Assembly (NCBI GenBank): GCA_032718475.1
Contig: JAUCBJ010000015.1
Coordinates: 1 to 64,000 of the forward strand
Reading direction: 5' to 3'
Length of the DNA stretch: 64,000 bases
DNA from: Nemertoderma westbladi
Taxonomy: Eukaryota; Animalia; Xenacoelomorpha
The translations under genes were made by a program, and so were the position numbers. Every line of letters begins with the position of its first letter. Position 1 is the stretch's first letter. Shown here piece after piece: positions 38,527 through 52,299 of the stretch. Under the pieces are notes generated by a model that searched no databases, was not told where the DNA came from, and saw nothing but the letters and a program-made list of their open reading frames with translations.

Positions 38527-40288
38527 TTGTAAAGTTTGATGAAAAGACATGCAGCCTGACGTCAGCTACGACAGAATATGAGGTTTTTAGAAAATTTTAA
38601 ATTTCTCGGGAACGCCTTATTTTCCAGAGCTGAAATTTTTGGTTGCTTGTAGAGAATCATAAAGTCTATCTTTTACGAAATTGAAAATTTATTATTAACA
38701 TTTAATTGGGGATCAGCTAGAGACTCCGAAGTAGTGACATAGGCCTACCTGTAGGATATTGCTGTAGGGCCTATACTGTACAAGTACGAAATTGCAGAAT
38801 AATAATTTGACACCACCTAGCGGATTAATGTATGATTGTATATCGAACGAATACATTTTTAGCATGGTGTAAGGGGTCCGAGCCACGAAGTTGACGGAGC
38901 CTTTGCGAACTGACGCTATCTCTTAGGGGGGTAGGTCGCTATTATGGCAAATAGTTCATTCCATAATGGTATTGTATGTCATCATAGTCGTCGATACGAT
39001 TTTGACATACTATTAACTTCGTCGGATTTAATGCTGTGTAGTCGAAAATTAGTAGGTATCACTTTGACCATGAGTTTAGTTTTTTTAGGGACTTTCAGAC
39101 AACATAAAATCATCAGTCTCTTGCTAGAGGGCTACATGTCTAGACATCAAATATCCTCACATTTTCTTTGCTTTAAACCCGTTAGCTGAAACTTGTACTA
39201 GACCATTAACTGTGTCATCCAAAGGAAGCTCATCCGTCTGCAGTTCTATAGTCTGCCGCTAGAGGGCGAAATATCTCAAAGTGCATTCATTGATTTAGCT
39301 GAAACGTACTTGTCAGATATGTGCTAGAACACGTCCGGTGTGTTTGCCGGGCTAGGAATCAGTACAACCAGTTCTACCTAACCACTGTTCCAGCAAACTG
39401 TAATTCTACTGTATGGGACATGCAATAGTGTTAGGCCCCAGATTAATAAGACAGCTTGCCTATTGTTTCTCGCAAAATGATTGGCTGAGTATTTAATGGA
39501 GATTCTTTAGAATAAATATAGCTAAATAATTTTGTTGTGACATCGACATGGTAAATTAATATTTCAGTATCAATACTAAAACGTCATAAGGTAAGTTATA
39601 ATGTTTCTTATAAATTGGGTCGCCTCCACGCCTAAAATATATTACTTTCAAAACACCAAATTTCTATTAATACCTGCCTGTCATCAGTCCTCTGTGTGCC
39701 TTTGGGTTGGGGTGCAGATTAAGAGGGGGTTGAAAGCGAGCAACTTTCCCTTCTACTGTATGATTTATTTGCGGTTTGGTAAATTTCTTAAATACCGATT
39801 TTGTGATAGAATTGCTCAATTTTAATTTGTATCTCATTACTCGTGCTGCGCGAAGGCGCATTCAAATGGTGTTAACTCAACTTCTGAAATGGTATTACAC
39901 TCCTTTCATACATGTAATTCATTTTAACTTTTAATCCCATCAAGGCAGTGGAATTCTTGAACCAACACCAAAAGATTATATTTCATATTATTTTATAGGT
40001 AAGAAGTTAAATGATCCGATCCCGAAGATTATTTAATACTGAAGGTACGGTATTTTGGTGCGCTCAACGAGTATCCACGTAATAGGATGGTGGAGGTATG
40101 AAAACAATAATAATATATATGCGTTATATCATTACTTCATACATTTATAAAAATTGATTCAGACACTACTTATATTAAAATTTTAAATGACAATAAATGG
40201 TGCACACCACAATAAATAATTAACATCAATCATGGTACAGCAAAAATTAACCATACAGTAGTAGTCACGTTCCAGTTCCAGCTGGCAC

Positions 40289-40301
40289 GTTGCCAGACAA
40301 C
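40289..40301. promoter_or_regulatory. Candidate RFX X-box upstream of ZMYND10
   Basis: GTTGCC-A-GACAAC about 430 bp upstream of the ATG of a motile-cilia gene. Confidence 0.45.
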
Positions 40302-40725
40302 CCTTCAAACTGACTTAGAGTAATAGGCAGATAGGCCGGGTCCACTGGTACCTGAAACCGGTACCGGTAGTAGGCCTAGTTGGTAACCACAATTTAGTAC
40401 CGGTATAGCAGGCCAGTAAAATAAATTAGAATACAGAGAGGCGGAGGAGTAAAACTGCCTATCTCCGAAAGTTGAAACTGCAAAGACGAATAAAGTATTA
40501 ATGTGTAGGCCTACATATAATCTACGCGATTTTACGGAATTTATTAACTTGCTGACTTGTGATGTTCTGACTTACGTCCGTAGCAATACTTTAGTAGCGA
40601 CGTAGCTGTGACCCGCGCTGAGGCAATACCCAGCAGACCTACTACCGGTACTACTAGATGACTAACTGTACAATTTGTACAAACGTCACGTTGATTAAAA
40701 CCTATTCATATACAACGTTTGCAAT

Positions 40726-43700
40726 ATGGAAACCGGTATTTGTGGTAGCGATTCAGTGTTGCTACATCCTGAAGCGGAGGCTTATGTAGAAAGTTTGGTT
40801 AACTTCGATATTAAAAAGTTCGGAAGTCCGGAATGGCGGACTCAACATGAACGTCTGGAAAAACTTAACATGCAGGCGGTTATTAACGCTACGAGAAACG
40901 AAGATGAGTTTGTGAAGGAACTTCTTGTGGATAATGATAAGGTTATTATGTACCGGTATTCAATATTATAAATTAGGCCTTTTATATTTAGACGTTTAAT
41001 TTCACTGGAAATGACTTAAAATAGAACGCAATAACTGACCGAATTAAGTTAACCAAAACTCTACAAAACAACCTGATAGACTAACCCTAACATTAGCAGT
41101 CCACATTCACAGCGAATCTATGTGTATCTTTTATTTAACTGAATTATATCGTATGTAATGTAATTGTTATTTAAAGTTATTTCCATATTAATAGGGGCCA
41201 TCCAGTTACGGTTCAATATATGCCCGTACTCATTTTATAGTGTTTATAGTGGATTTTAGATAGCCAAGCAGATCAGTTGAGTATTATATATTATACATAT
41301 TATATTTATTAATTACCAAACAATATAAATTATATATTTCGTTTATATTCGTAGATTCCTCTCCTAATCGCACAAGTAATTACCGTAGATGTTTGGAAGG
41401 ATGAAGTTTTACCAATAATATTGTCGACAAACTTCCAACCCAAATCTACAATCCCCCTGTATTTAGTTCTTTATAACGAAGCCACAATATTAAACTTATT
41501 GGAGACGGTATTGTACCATAAGGTGGGTCAACATTAAACATTCCTTAAAATTCCAACATAACTCATTTTTGGTATGCCCTACAGTTCCTGTGGCACATTA
41601 TCTGAAGTTTAATAAAACAAGGTCCATTGGGTCTCAGATGATAAACAATATATATTCGTTGGATGTTTCAGAGCGCTCTGGAGACTGGCCAGGATTCGCT
41701 TCTGGATTTGGTTGATTACTGCCACAGTAAACTGGTCCGGGCGACATGCGGGTCGGTGTCCGAATGGGTTCCGGGTCCGGACGATCTGAAGAACCAATCA
41801 GAGGAGGGCGATGCCATGAAGGTGAGTCAGTGAACCTATCGGAGAAGGGGTCGCACTCTATTGACCAATCGGATCTCTTTACTCCTTCTCTATTATCTTT
41901 ATAGGATTTGTTGCGACAACGCGATTCACTGGACTTCGAATGCAGCGTTAAGATAGTCTCCATTCTGCGGTATATTATAGATGACGTCACCAACCTTCCT
42001 GTTAGCATAGTGACTAGGATACTGAACAGTCACAATCTACCGGTTATTCTGTCGTCCTTAGCAACCAACCCTCCATGGAGACGATACGATTCCAAAGGTA
42101 ATTTATTATATTTAGTATAATGTAGGACTTCATCCAACACCCTTTCCGTGTGTGAATATTTAAGTAGTGAGATAAGGCACTTCCTACACAATGTAATCGG
42201 GGTAATTCAACGCTCTGGAATGGAAAACAATTACTTCACGCTCAACTATGTGCGAGAGCTAAGTAATCCAGAAATCCATCAACACAATAATTTCATTATA
42301 TTTTTAACGCAGTTTCCTTTGGTATTAACATCTAGTTGTTATACGTTTTATGATTACAGATAATCTCAAAAGGCGAATTCATATAAAATACACGTTATAG
42401 AATATCTAAACACGTTGGGATCATAAAAAAACACTTCATTTCCAGAACAATTTCGGCTCACTTTGTACCATAACTCTAGTTAAATTACTGAAGAAAATTA
42501 TTCGAATTATTTTGCTCCAATCAACAAACATAAGTTAAGGCCCATACCAAGACATTATTTTACTCCAAGCAACAAACATAAGGCCCATACCAAGACATTA
42601 TTTTACTCCAAGCAACAAACATAAGGCCCATACCAAGACATTATTTTGCTCCAATCAACAAACATAAGGCCCATACCAAGACATTATTTTGCTCCAATCA
42701 ACAAACATAAGGCCCATATCAAGACATTATTTTACTCCAAGCAACAAACATAAGGCCCATACCAAGACATTATTTTGCTCCAATCAACAAACATAAGGCC
42801 CATATCAAGACATTATTTTACTCCAATCAACAAACATAAGGCCCATATCAAGACATTATTTTGCTCCAATCAACAAACATAAGGCCCATATCAAGACATT
42901 ATTTTACTCCAAGCAACAAACATAAGGCCCATACCAAGACATTATTTTGCTCCAATCAACAAACATAAGGCCCATATCAAGACATTATTTTACTCCAAGC
43001 AACAAACATAAGGCCCATACCAAGACATTATTTTGCTCCAATCAACAAACATAAGGCCCATATCAAGACATTATTTTACTCCAAGCAACAAACATAAGGC
43101 CCATACCAAGACATTATTTTACTCCAATCAACAAACATAAGGCCCATATCAAGACATTATTTTACTCCAAGCAACAAACATAAGGCCCATACCAAGACAT
43201 TATTTTGCTCCAATCAACAAACATAAGGCCCATATCAAGACATTATTTTACTCCAAGCAACAAACATAAGGCCCATACCAAGACATTATTTTGCTCCAAT
43301 CAACAAACATAAGGCCCATATCAAGACATTATTTTGCTCCAATCAACAAACATAAGGCCCATACCAAGACATTATTTTACTCCAAGCAACAAACATAAGG
43401 CCCATACCAAGACATTATTTTGCTCCAATCAACAAACATAAGGCCCATACCAAGACATTATTTTACTCCAATCAACAAACATAAGGCCCATATCAAGACA
43501 TTATTTTACTCCAAGCAACAAACATAAGGCCCATACCAAGACATTATTTTGCTCCAAGCACCAAACATAAGGCCCATACCAAGACATTATTTTGCTCCAA
43601 TCAACAAACATAAGGCCCATACCAAGACATTATTTTACTCCAAGCAACAAACATAAGGCCCATACCAAGACATTATTTTACTCCAATCAACAAACATAAG

Positions 43701-46700
43701 GCCCATATCAAGACATTATTTTACTCCAAGCAACAAACATAAGGCCCATACCAAGACATTATTTTGCTCCAAGCACCAAACATAAGGCCCATACCAAGAC
43801 ATTATTTTGCTCCAATCAACAAACATAAGGCCCATATCAAGACATTATTTTACTCCAAGCAACAAACATAAGGCCCATACCAAGACATTATTTTACTCCA
43901 ATCAACAAACATAAGGCCCATATCAAGACATTATTTTACTCCAAGCAACAAACATAAGGCCCATACCAAGACATTATTTTGCTCCAATCAACAAACATAA
44001 GGCCCATACCAAGACATTATTTTGCTCCAATCAACAAACATAAGGCCCATATCAAGACATTATTTTACTCCAAGCAACAAACATAAGGCCCATACCAAGA
44101 CATTATTTTGCTCCAATCAACAAACATAAGGCCCATATCAAGACATTATTTTGCTCCAATCAACAAACATAAGGCCCATATCAAGACATTATTTTACTCC
44201 AAGCAACAAACATAAGGCCCATACCAAGACATTATTTTGCTCCAATCAACAAACATAAGGCCCATATCAAGACATTATTTTACTCCAAGCAACAAACATA
44301 AGGCCCATACCAAGACATTATTTTGCTCCAATCAACAAACATAAGGCCCATATCAAGACATTATTTTACTCCAAGCAACAAACATAAGGCCCATACCAAG
44401 ACATTATTTTACTCCAATCAACAAACATAAGGCCCATATCAAGACATTATTTTACTCCAAGCAACAAACATAAGGCCCATACCAAGACATTATTTTGCTC
44501 CAATCAACAAACATAAGGCCCATATCAAGACATTATTTTACTCCAATCAACAAACATAAGGCCCATATCAAGACATTATTTTGCTCCAATCAACAAACAT
44601 AAGGCCCATATCAAGACATTATTTTACTCCAAGCAACAAACATAAGGCCCATACCAAGACATTATTTTGCTCCAATCAACAAACATAAGGCCCATATCAA
44701 GACATTATTTTACTCCAAGCAACAAACATAAGGCCCATACCAAGACATTATTTTGCTCCAATCAACAAACATAAGGCCCATATCAAGACATTATTTTACT
44801 CCAAGCAACAAACATAAGGCCCATACCAAGACATTATTTTACTCCAATCAACAAACATAAGGCCCATATCAAGACATTATTTTACTCCAAGCAACAAACA
44901 TAAGGCCCATACCAAGACATTATTTTGCTCCAATCAACAAACATAAGGCCCATATCAAGACATTATTTTACTCCAAGCAACAAACATAAGGCCCATACCA
45001 AGACATTATTTTGCTCCAATCAACAAACATAAGGCCCATATCAAGACATTATTTTGCTCCAATCAACAAACATAAGGCCCATACCAAGACATTATTTTAC
45101 TCCAAGCAACAAACATAAGGCCCATACCAAGACATTATTTTGCTCCAATCAACAAACATAAGGCCCATACCAAGACATTATTTTACTCCAATCAACAAAC
45201 ATAAGGCCCATATCAAGACATTATTTTACTCCAAGCAACAAACATAAGGCCCATACCAAGACATTATTTTGCTCCAAGCACCAAACATAAGGCCCATACC
45301 AAGACATTATTTTGCTCCAATCAACAAACATAAGGCCCATACCAAGACATTATTTTACTCCAAGCAACAAACATAAGGCCCATACCAAGACATTATTTTA
45401 CTCCAATCAACAAACATAAGGCCCATATCAAGACATTATTTTACTCCAAGCAACAAACATAAGGCCCATACCAAGACATTATTTTGCTCCAAGCACCAAA
45501 CATAAGGCCCATACCAAGACATTATTTTGCTCCAATCAACAAACATAAGGCCCATATCAAGACATTATTTTACTCCAAGCAACAAACATAAGGCCCATAC
45601 CAAGACATTATTTTACTCCAATCAACAAACATAAGGCCCATATCAAGACATTATTTTACTCCAAGCAACAAACATAAGGCCCATACCAAGACATTATTTT
45701 GCTCCAATCAACAAACATAAGGCCCATACCAAGACATTATTTTGCTCCAATCAACAAACATAAGGCCCATATCAAGACATTATTTTACTCCAAGCAACAA
45801 ACATAAGGCCCATACCAAGACATTATTTTGCTCCAATCAACAAACATAAGGCCCATATCAAGACATTATTTTACTCCAATCAACAAACATAAGGCCCATA
45901 TCAAGACATTATTTTGCTCCAATCAACAAACATAAGGCCCATATCAAGACATTATTTTACTCCAAGCAACAAACATAAGGCCCATACCAAGACATTATTT
46001 TGCTCCAATCAACAAACATAAGGCCCATATCAAGACATTATTTTACTCCAAGCAACAAACATAAGGCCCATACCAAGACATTATTTTGCTCCAATCAACA
46101 AACATAAGGCCCATATCAAGACATTATTTTACTCCAAGCAACAAACATAAGGCCCATACCAAGACATTATTTTACTCCAATCAACAAACATAAGGCCCAT
46201 ATCAAGACATTATTTTACTCCAAGCAACAAACATAAGGCCCATACCAAGACATTATTTTGCTCCAATCAACAAACATAAGGCCCATATCAAGACATTATT
46301 TTACTCCAAGCAACAAACATAAGGCCCATACCAAGACATTATTTTGCTCCAATCAACAAACATAAGGCCCATACCAAGACATTATTTTACTCCAAGCAAC
46401 AAACATAAGGCCCATACCAAGACATTATTTTGCTCCAAGCAACAAAGCTAAGATAAGGCCCATACCAAGACATTATTTTGCTCCAAGCAACAAACATAAG
46501 GCCCATACCAAGACATTATTTTGCTCCAATCAACAAACATAAGGCCCATACCAAGACATTATTTTACTCCAAGCAACAAACATAAGGCCCATACCAAGAC
46601 ATTATTTTGCTCCAAGCAACAAACATAAGGCCCATACCAAGACATTATTTTACTCCAAGCAACAAACATAAGGCCCATACCAAGACATTATTTTGCTCCA

Positions 46701-49700
46701 AGCAACAAACATAAGGCCCATACCAAGACATTATTTTGCTCCAATCAACAAACATAAGGCCCATATCAAGACATTATTTTACTCCAAGCAACAAACATAA
46801 GGCCCATACCAAGACATTATTTTGCTCCAATCAACAAACATAAGGCCCATATCAAGACATTATTTTACTCCAAGCAACAAACATAAGGCCCATACCAAGA
46901 CATTATTTTACTCCAAGCAACAAACATAAGGGCCCATACCAAGACATTATTTTAGCATCTCAACACCCAAAGCTGGAAACATGTATCATCGTGTACACAG
47001 TTCGTCAGTCTAATATTTACACACAGAAATTCTTTAATATATATTCCAAGTGAGTTGAGCTCAAAATTTATTTTTAATAGACAAATTCACTCTTATCGTA
47101 TCCTTAGTTATTTTAATTTTTCTACGGAAGTTGTCGTTTACCTTGAATGTGATTAATATTTGGTGCATCGGCACCACATGTTACGATACCAAAAATTATA
47201 ATTTTCTCAATGTCTGATCGAGTTATTGAACAATGTAGTGTAAATGTTAAATTTGAAGGATACCCTGTATAATATGTTTACCGGTATTTATTATTGAAGG
47301 TATCTGCAGTAAGTTTATAGACGGCCGATGGCAAACGGTGAATGATTCCGACAGATTTACAGCTAGTAAGACAGAAGGGCAGGTCTGGTTGAGTCTGTTA
47401 ACTTTATTAATGGACCCGGAATGCCAGAGGAAGTATGAATGGAATGACTACAATAAAAACCAAATACTTAAAGTAAGTCATGTTCGACTCAATATAACTG
47501 TATTAACACAAGTGCTTCACACACAAAATATTGTGTCCCTAAGTGAGATATACCACTTGGTTCTTACGAAAACCCTTATGAAAACAAATCTATGGGAACC
47601 TGGCTTCTGTTGGAGGAGTAAAGAAAGGGATCACCCTTGGGAGTTAGTGTGGCGCCCTCCTTGCCTTATAAGTAACAGCAGAGAGCAGGCTACGGGACGC
47701 CTCCGGTGTTTCGCATTTCACGAACACAGACAACTTTATTTTACTTACATAGTTTATTACGCAGCGCTTCTTATATCCTTATCCCGTTAGTTAAGCAGCG
47801 CTACTTTATTTCCCCCGTAGTTACGCAGTGCTACTTTATTTCCCACCTAGTTACACAGCGCTACTTTATTTACCCCTATTTACACAGCGCTACTTTATTT
47901 CCCCCTAGTTACACAGCGCTACTTTATTTACCCCTATTTACACAGCGCTACTTTATTTCCCCCCTAGTTACACAGCGCTACTTTATTTCCCCCGTAGTTA
48001 CGCAGTGCTACTTTATTTTCCACCTAGTTACACAGCGCTACTTTATTTCCCCCCTAGTTACACAGCGCTACTTTATTTACCCCGAAGATACGCAGTGCTA
48101 CTTTACTTCCCCCTAGTGGCACAGCGCTACTTTATTTACCCCAAGTTACACAGCGCTACTTTATTTCCCACCTAGTTACACAGCGCTACTTTATTTCCCA
48201 CCTAGTTACACAGCGCTACTTTATTTACCCCTATTTACACAGCGCTACTTTATTTACCCCTATTTACACAGCGCTACTTTATTTCCCCCCTAGTTACACA
48301 TCGCTACTTTATTTACCCCTAGTTACGCAGCGCTACTTTATTTCCCCCGAAGATACGCAGTGCTACTTTACTTCCCCCTAGTGGCACAGCGCTACTTTAT
48401 TTACCCCAAGTTACACAGCGCTACTTTATTTACCCCTAGTTACGCAGCGCTACTTTATTTCCCCCGAAGATACGCAGTGCTACTTTACTTCCCCCTAGTG
48501 GCACAGCGCTACTTTATTTACCCCAAGTTACACAGCGCTACTTTATTTACCCCAAGTTACACAGCGCTACTTTATTTCCCCCCCTAGTTACACAGCGCTA
48601 CTATACTTCCCCCTAGTGACACAGCGCTACTTTATTTCCCCCTAGTTACCCAGTGCTACTTTACTTCCCCCAGTGGCACAGCGCTACTTTATTTCCCCCT
48701 AGTTACACAACGCTACAATATTTCCCCCCTAGTTACCCAGTGCTACTTTACTTCCCCCAGTGGCACAGCGCTACTTTATTTCCCCCTAGTTACACAGCGC
48801 TACAATATTTCCCCCCTAGTTACCCAGTGCTACTTTACTTCCCCCAGTGGCACAGCGCTACTTTATTTCCCCCTAGTTACACAACGCTACAATATTTCCC
48901 CCCTAGTTACCTAGTGCTACTTTACTTCCCCGTAGTGGCACAGCGCTACTTTATTTCCCCCTATTTACACAGCGCTACTTTATGTCCCCCCTAGTTACGC
49001 AGCGAGCTTCAGGAAGTCCTTCTCGACCAGCTTCCGGTTCTCTCGCAGTTACAAAGGTTCCTGAACCACCTCTCCATATCGGAACCACCGCCTCCGACGA
49101 AGTCCCTGGTTCTGGAACAAGTTCCAGAGATCCGTGACGCAATACTCCGTCGTCATGGAAACTCCTGGGCGGGAATCGCTAAGTTTCAGATGAAATCGGT
49201 GTTCGATCCGTCGCCGGACGAGATGATGCGGATCGCATCGAAGTGAGTCAAATAGTCAATATTGAATTATATTAATTTATTAAATCGTTTTATATATTTT
49301 TGAATACATCTTAGAACCACCCTTCATGACACTTTTATAGCTTTTTATGTCAATTTTAATGAGCATTTATGACAATAGAAGATTCAACCAGTAATTGTAG
49401 ATTCATATCGTTGATGCAATGGCGCGGTAGGTTATGTTATTGAATTTATTTTTTAAGAATAATATTGCCATGGATATGAATATTGGTAATATCGATGCAA
49501 TGGAATATATTTGAATTAATTTTTCGTCAACACTTCATTATTTGCCCATTGGATAAATATTACGTAAAAACGTTCTGGAATTCACCCCTGTATCATCGAC
49601 ATTCGTAATGGTTTTCACAGTAATTAAATTTTATATTATGTTCTAGAATGTCGGAGACGTACAATCTTGACGTTCTAGAAACCCTAATTGATCCGCCCAA

Positions 49701-49827
49701 ATGCTCGTTGTGCGGCAAAGCGGCGAGTAAAAGGTGTTCCAGGTGTCAGACTCAGTGGTACTGCGGCAGAGACTGTCAAGTGACTGATTGGAAGCAACAC
49801 AAGTCGGTATGCAACTCAATTAAATAA
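40726..49827 (+). CDS. ZMYND10: Zinc finger MYND domain-containing protein 10 (BLU; axonemal dynein assembly factor), 442 aa; exons 40726-40941, 41355-41522, 41672-41821, 41905-42097, 47300-47472, 48995-49242, 49647-49827
   Basis: All six introns are GT-AG and phase-consistent (CDS 1329 nt). Translation has ZMYND10 hallmarks: EAEAYVESL...[70 protein letters not shown], and C-terminal MYND finger [37 protein letters not shown]. Confidence 0.96.
42508..46953. repeat. 43-bp minisatellite (~103 copies) in ZMYND10 intron 4
   Basis: ACAAACATAAGGCCCATAYCAAGACATTATTTTRCTCCAAKCA; the rare variant GCACCAAA recurs at a 1720-bp (40-unit) interval. Confidence 0.97.
47755..49004 (+). repeat. 28-31-bp minisatellite (~42 copies) in ZMYND10 intron 5 whose unit is the exon-6 splice acceptor
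   Basis: Unit CTACTTTATTTCCCCCTAG|TTACRCAGCG; the last copy supplies the real AG (48993-48994) and the first 10 nt of exon 6. Confidence 0.93.
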
Positions 49828-50485
49828 AACTGATTGCGCATTGTGTATGGAATTACGTAGTTGGGTTGTTGTACATTGTGTATGGAATCATTCAGTTGGG
49901 TTGTGTTTAAATATTTAAATTTTGTTACAATTATCTTGTTTTCGTTAATTTTTGAGAATTTGTAAATAAAATGTAAATATTTTGTCAATTTATTTAGTGA
50001 AAATTTATTGGGATAAATATTAATATTACTGACATGTTTTTTTCATATTAATGTTAGGGGGGGGGGGGGGGGGGGGTCACCTTTTATAGGCCAAAAATTC
50101 AAAACCCTATTTTGGATCGGTTTTGATGCAGAATTTAATGAAGATTCCGAATATATATGTAAGTTATTGCTTCTCAATATGTTTACTTTTGAAGATATGA
50201 CGATTTTACTGCCATGTTTTCTTTTCAATCAAATTAACATTATTATTTATGTTACCGAAAAAAATGTGTTTCCTGAAAGATCGACAGAATAGATTTCGCC
50301 AAACATCAGAAATGAAATCCGAGACCTGGAAAACAGACTGACAGACCGACCGACCGACAGACAGACAGTTAGACAGATAAAGATTACACTAAACATCCAA
50401 ACATATCAAAATTTCGGAAATTAATTCTCCGATCTGGAACACCCCCTTAGCGACGCTTTAGCCATGTCCTGACGTACAAACCAAC

Positions 50486-52299
50486 AGACAAACGGACATT
50501 GGGAGAGACAACCAGACAGGCGGACATTGGGAGAGACAACCCGACAGGCGGACATTTGGAGAGACAACCAGACAGCCGGACATTGGGAGAGACAACAAGA
50601 CAGGCGGACATTGGGAGAGACAACCAGACAGGCGGACATTGGGAGAGACAAACCAGATAGGCGGACATTGGGAGAGACAACCCGACAGGCGGACATTTGG
50701 AGAGACAACCAGACAGGCGGACATTGGGAGAGACAACAAGACAGGCGGACATTGGGAGAGACAACCAGACAGGCGGACATTGGGAGAGACAAACCAGATA
50801 GGCGGACATTGGGAGAGACAACCAGACAGGCGGACATTGGGGGAGACAACCAGACAGGCGGACATTGGGAGAGACAAACCAGACAGGCGGACATTGGGAG
50901 AGACAACCAGACAGGCGGACATTGTGAGAGATAACCAGACAGGCGGACATTGGGAGAGACAACCAGACAGGCGGACATTGGGAGAAACAACCAGACAGGC
51001 GGACATTGGGGGAGACAACCAGACAGGCGGACATTGGGAGGGACAACCAGACAGGCGGACATTGGGAGAGACAACCAGACAGGCGGACATTGGGAGAGAC
51101 AACCAGACAGGCGGACATTGGGAGAGACAACCAGACAGGCGGACATTGGGAGAAACAACCAGACAGGCGGACATTGGGGGAGACAACCAGACAGGCGGAC
51201 ATTGGGAGAGACAACCAGACAGGCGGACATTGGGAGAGACAACCAGACAGGCGGACATTGGGAGAGACAACCAGACAGGCGGACATTGGGAGAGACAAAC
51301 CAGACAGGCGGACATTGGGGGAGACAACCAGACAGGCGGACATTGGGAGAGACAACCAGACAGGCGGACATTGGGAGAGACAACCAGACAGGCGGACATT
51401 GGGAGAGACAACCAGACAGGCGGACATTGGGAGAGACAACCAGACAGGCGGACATTGGGAGAGACAACCAGACAGGCGGACATTGGGAGAGACAAACCAG
51501 ACAGGCGGACATTGGGGGAGACAACCAGACAGGCGGACATTGGGAGAGACAACCAGACAGGCGGACATTGGGAGAGACAACCAGACAGGCGGACATTGGG
51601 AGAAACAACCAGACAGGCGGACATTGGGGGAGACAACCAGACAGGCGGACATTGGGAGACACAACCAGACAGGCGGACATTGGGAGAGACAACCAGACAG
51701 GCGGACATTGGGAGAGACAACCAGACAGGCGGACATTGGGAGAGACAAACCAGACAGGCGGACATTGGGGGAGACAACCAGACAGGCGGACATTGGGAGA
51801 GACAAACCAGACAGGCGGACATTGGGGGAGACAACCAGACAGGCGGACATTGGGAGAGACAACCAGACAGGCGGACATTGGGAGAGACAACCAGACAGGC
51901 GGACATTGGGAGAGACAACCAGACAGGCGGACATTGGGAGAGACAAACCAGACAGGCGGACATTGGGGGAGACAACCAGACAGGCGGACATTGGGAGAGA
52001 CAACCAGACAGGCGGACATTGGGAGAGACAACCAGACAGGCGGACATTGGGAGAGACAAACCAGACAGGCGGACATTGGGGGAGACAACCAGACAGGCGG
52101 ACATTGGGAGAGACAACCAGACAGGCGGACATTGGGAGAGACAACCAGACAGGCGGACATTGGGAGAAACAACCAGACAGGCGGACATTGGGGGAGACAA
52201 CCAGACAGGCGGACATTGGGAGAGACAACCAGACAGGCGGACATTGGGAGAGACAACCAGAAAAGGCGGACATTGGGAGAGACAACCAGACAGGCGGAC
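50486..52299. repeat. 28/29-bp minisatellite GACAGGCGGACATTGGGAGAGACAACCA (~64 copies) embedded in an interspersed repeat with (GACA/GACC)n tracts
   Basis: Directly visible; ATCAGAAATGAAATC...GACC...AAAAC occurs on both sides (~50305 and ~52325); GACAGACCGACCGACAGACAG tract at ~50340. Confidence 0.96.
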
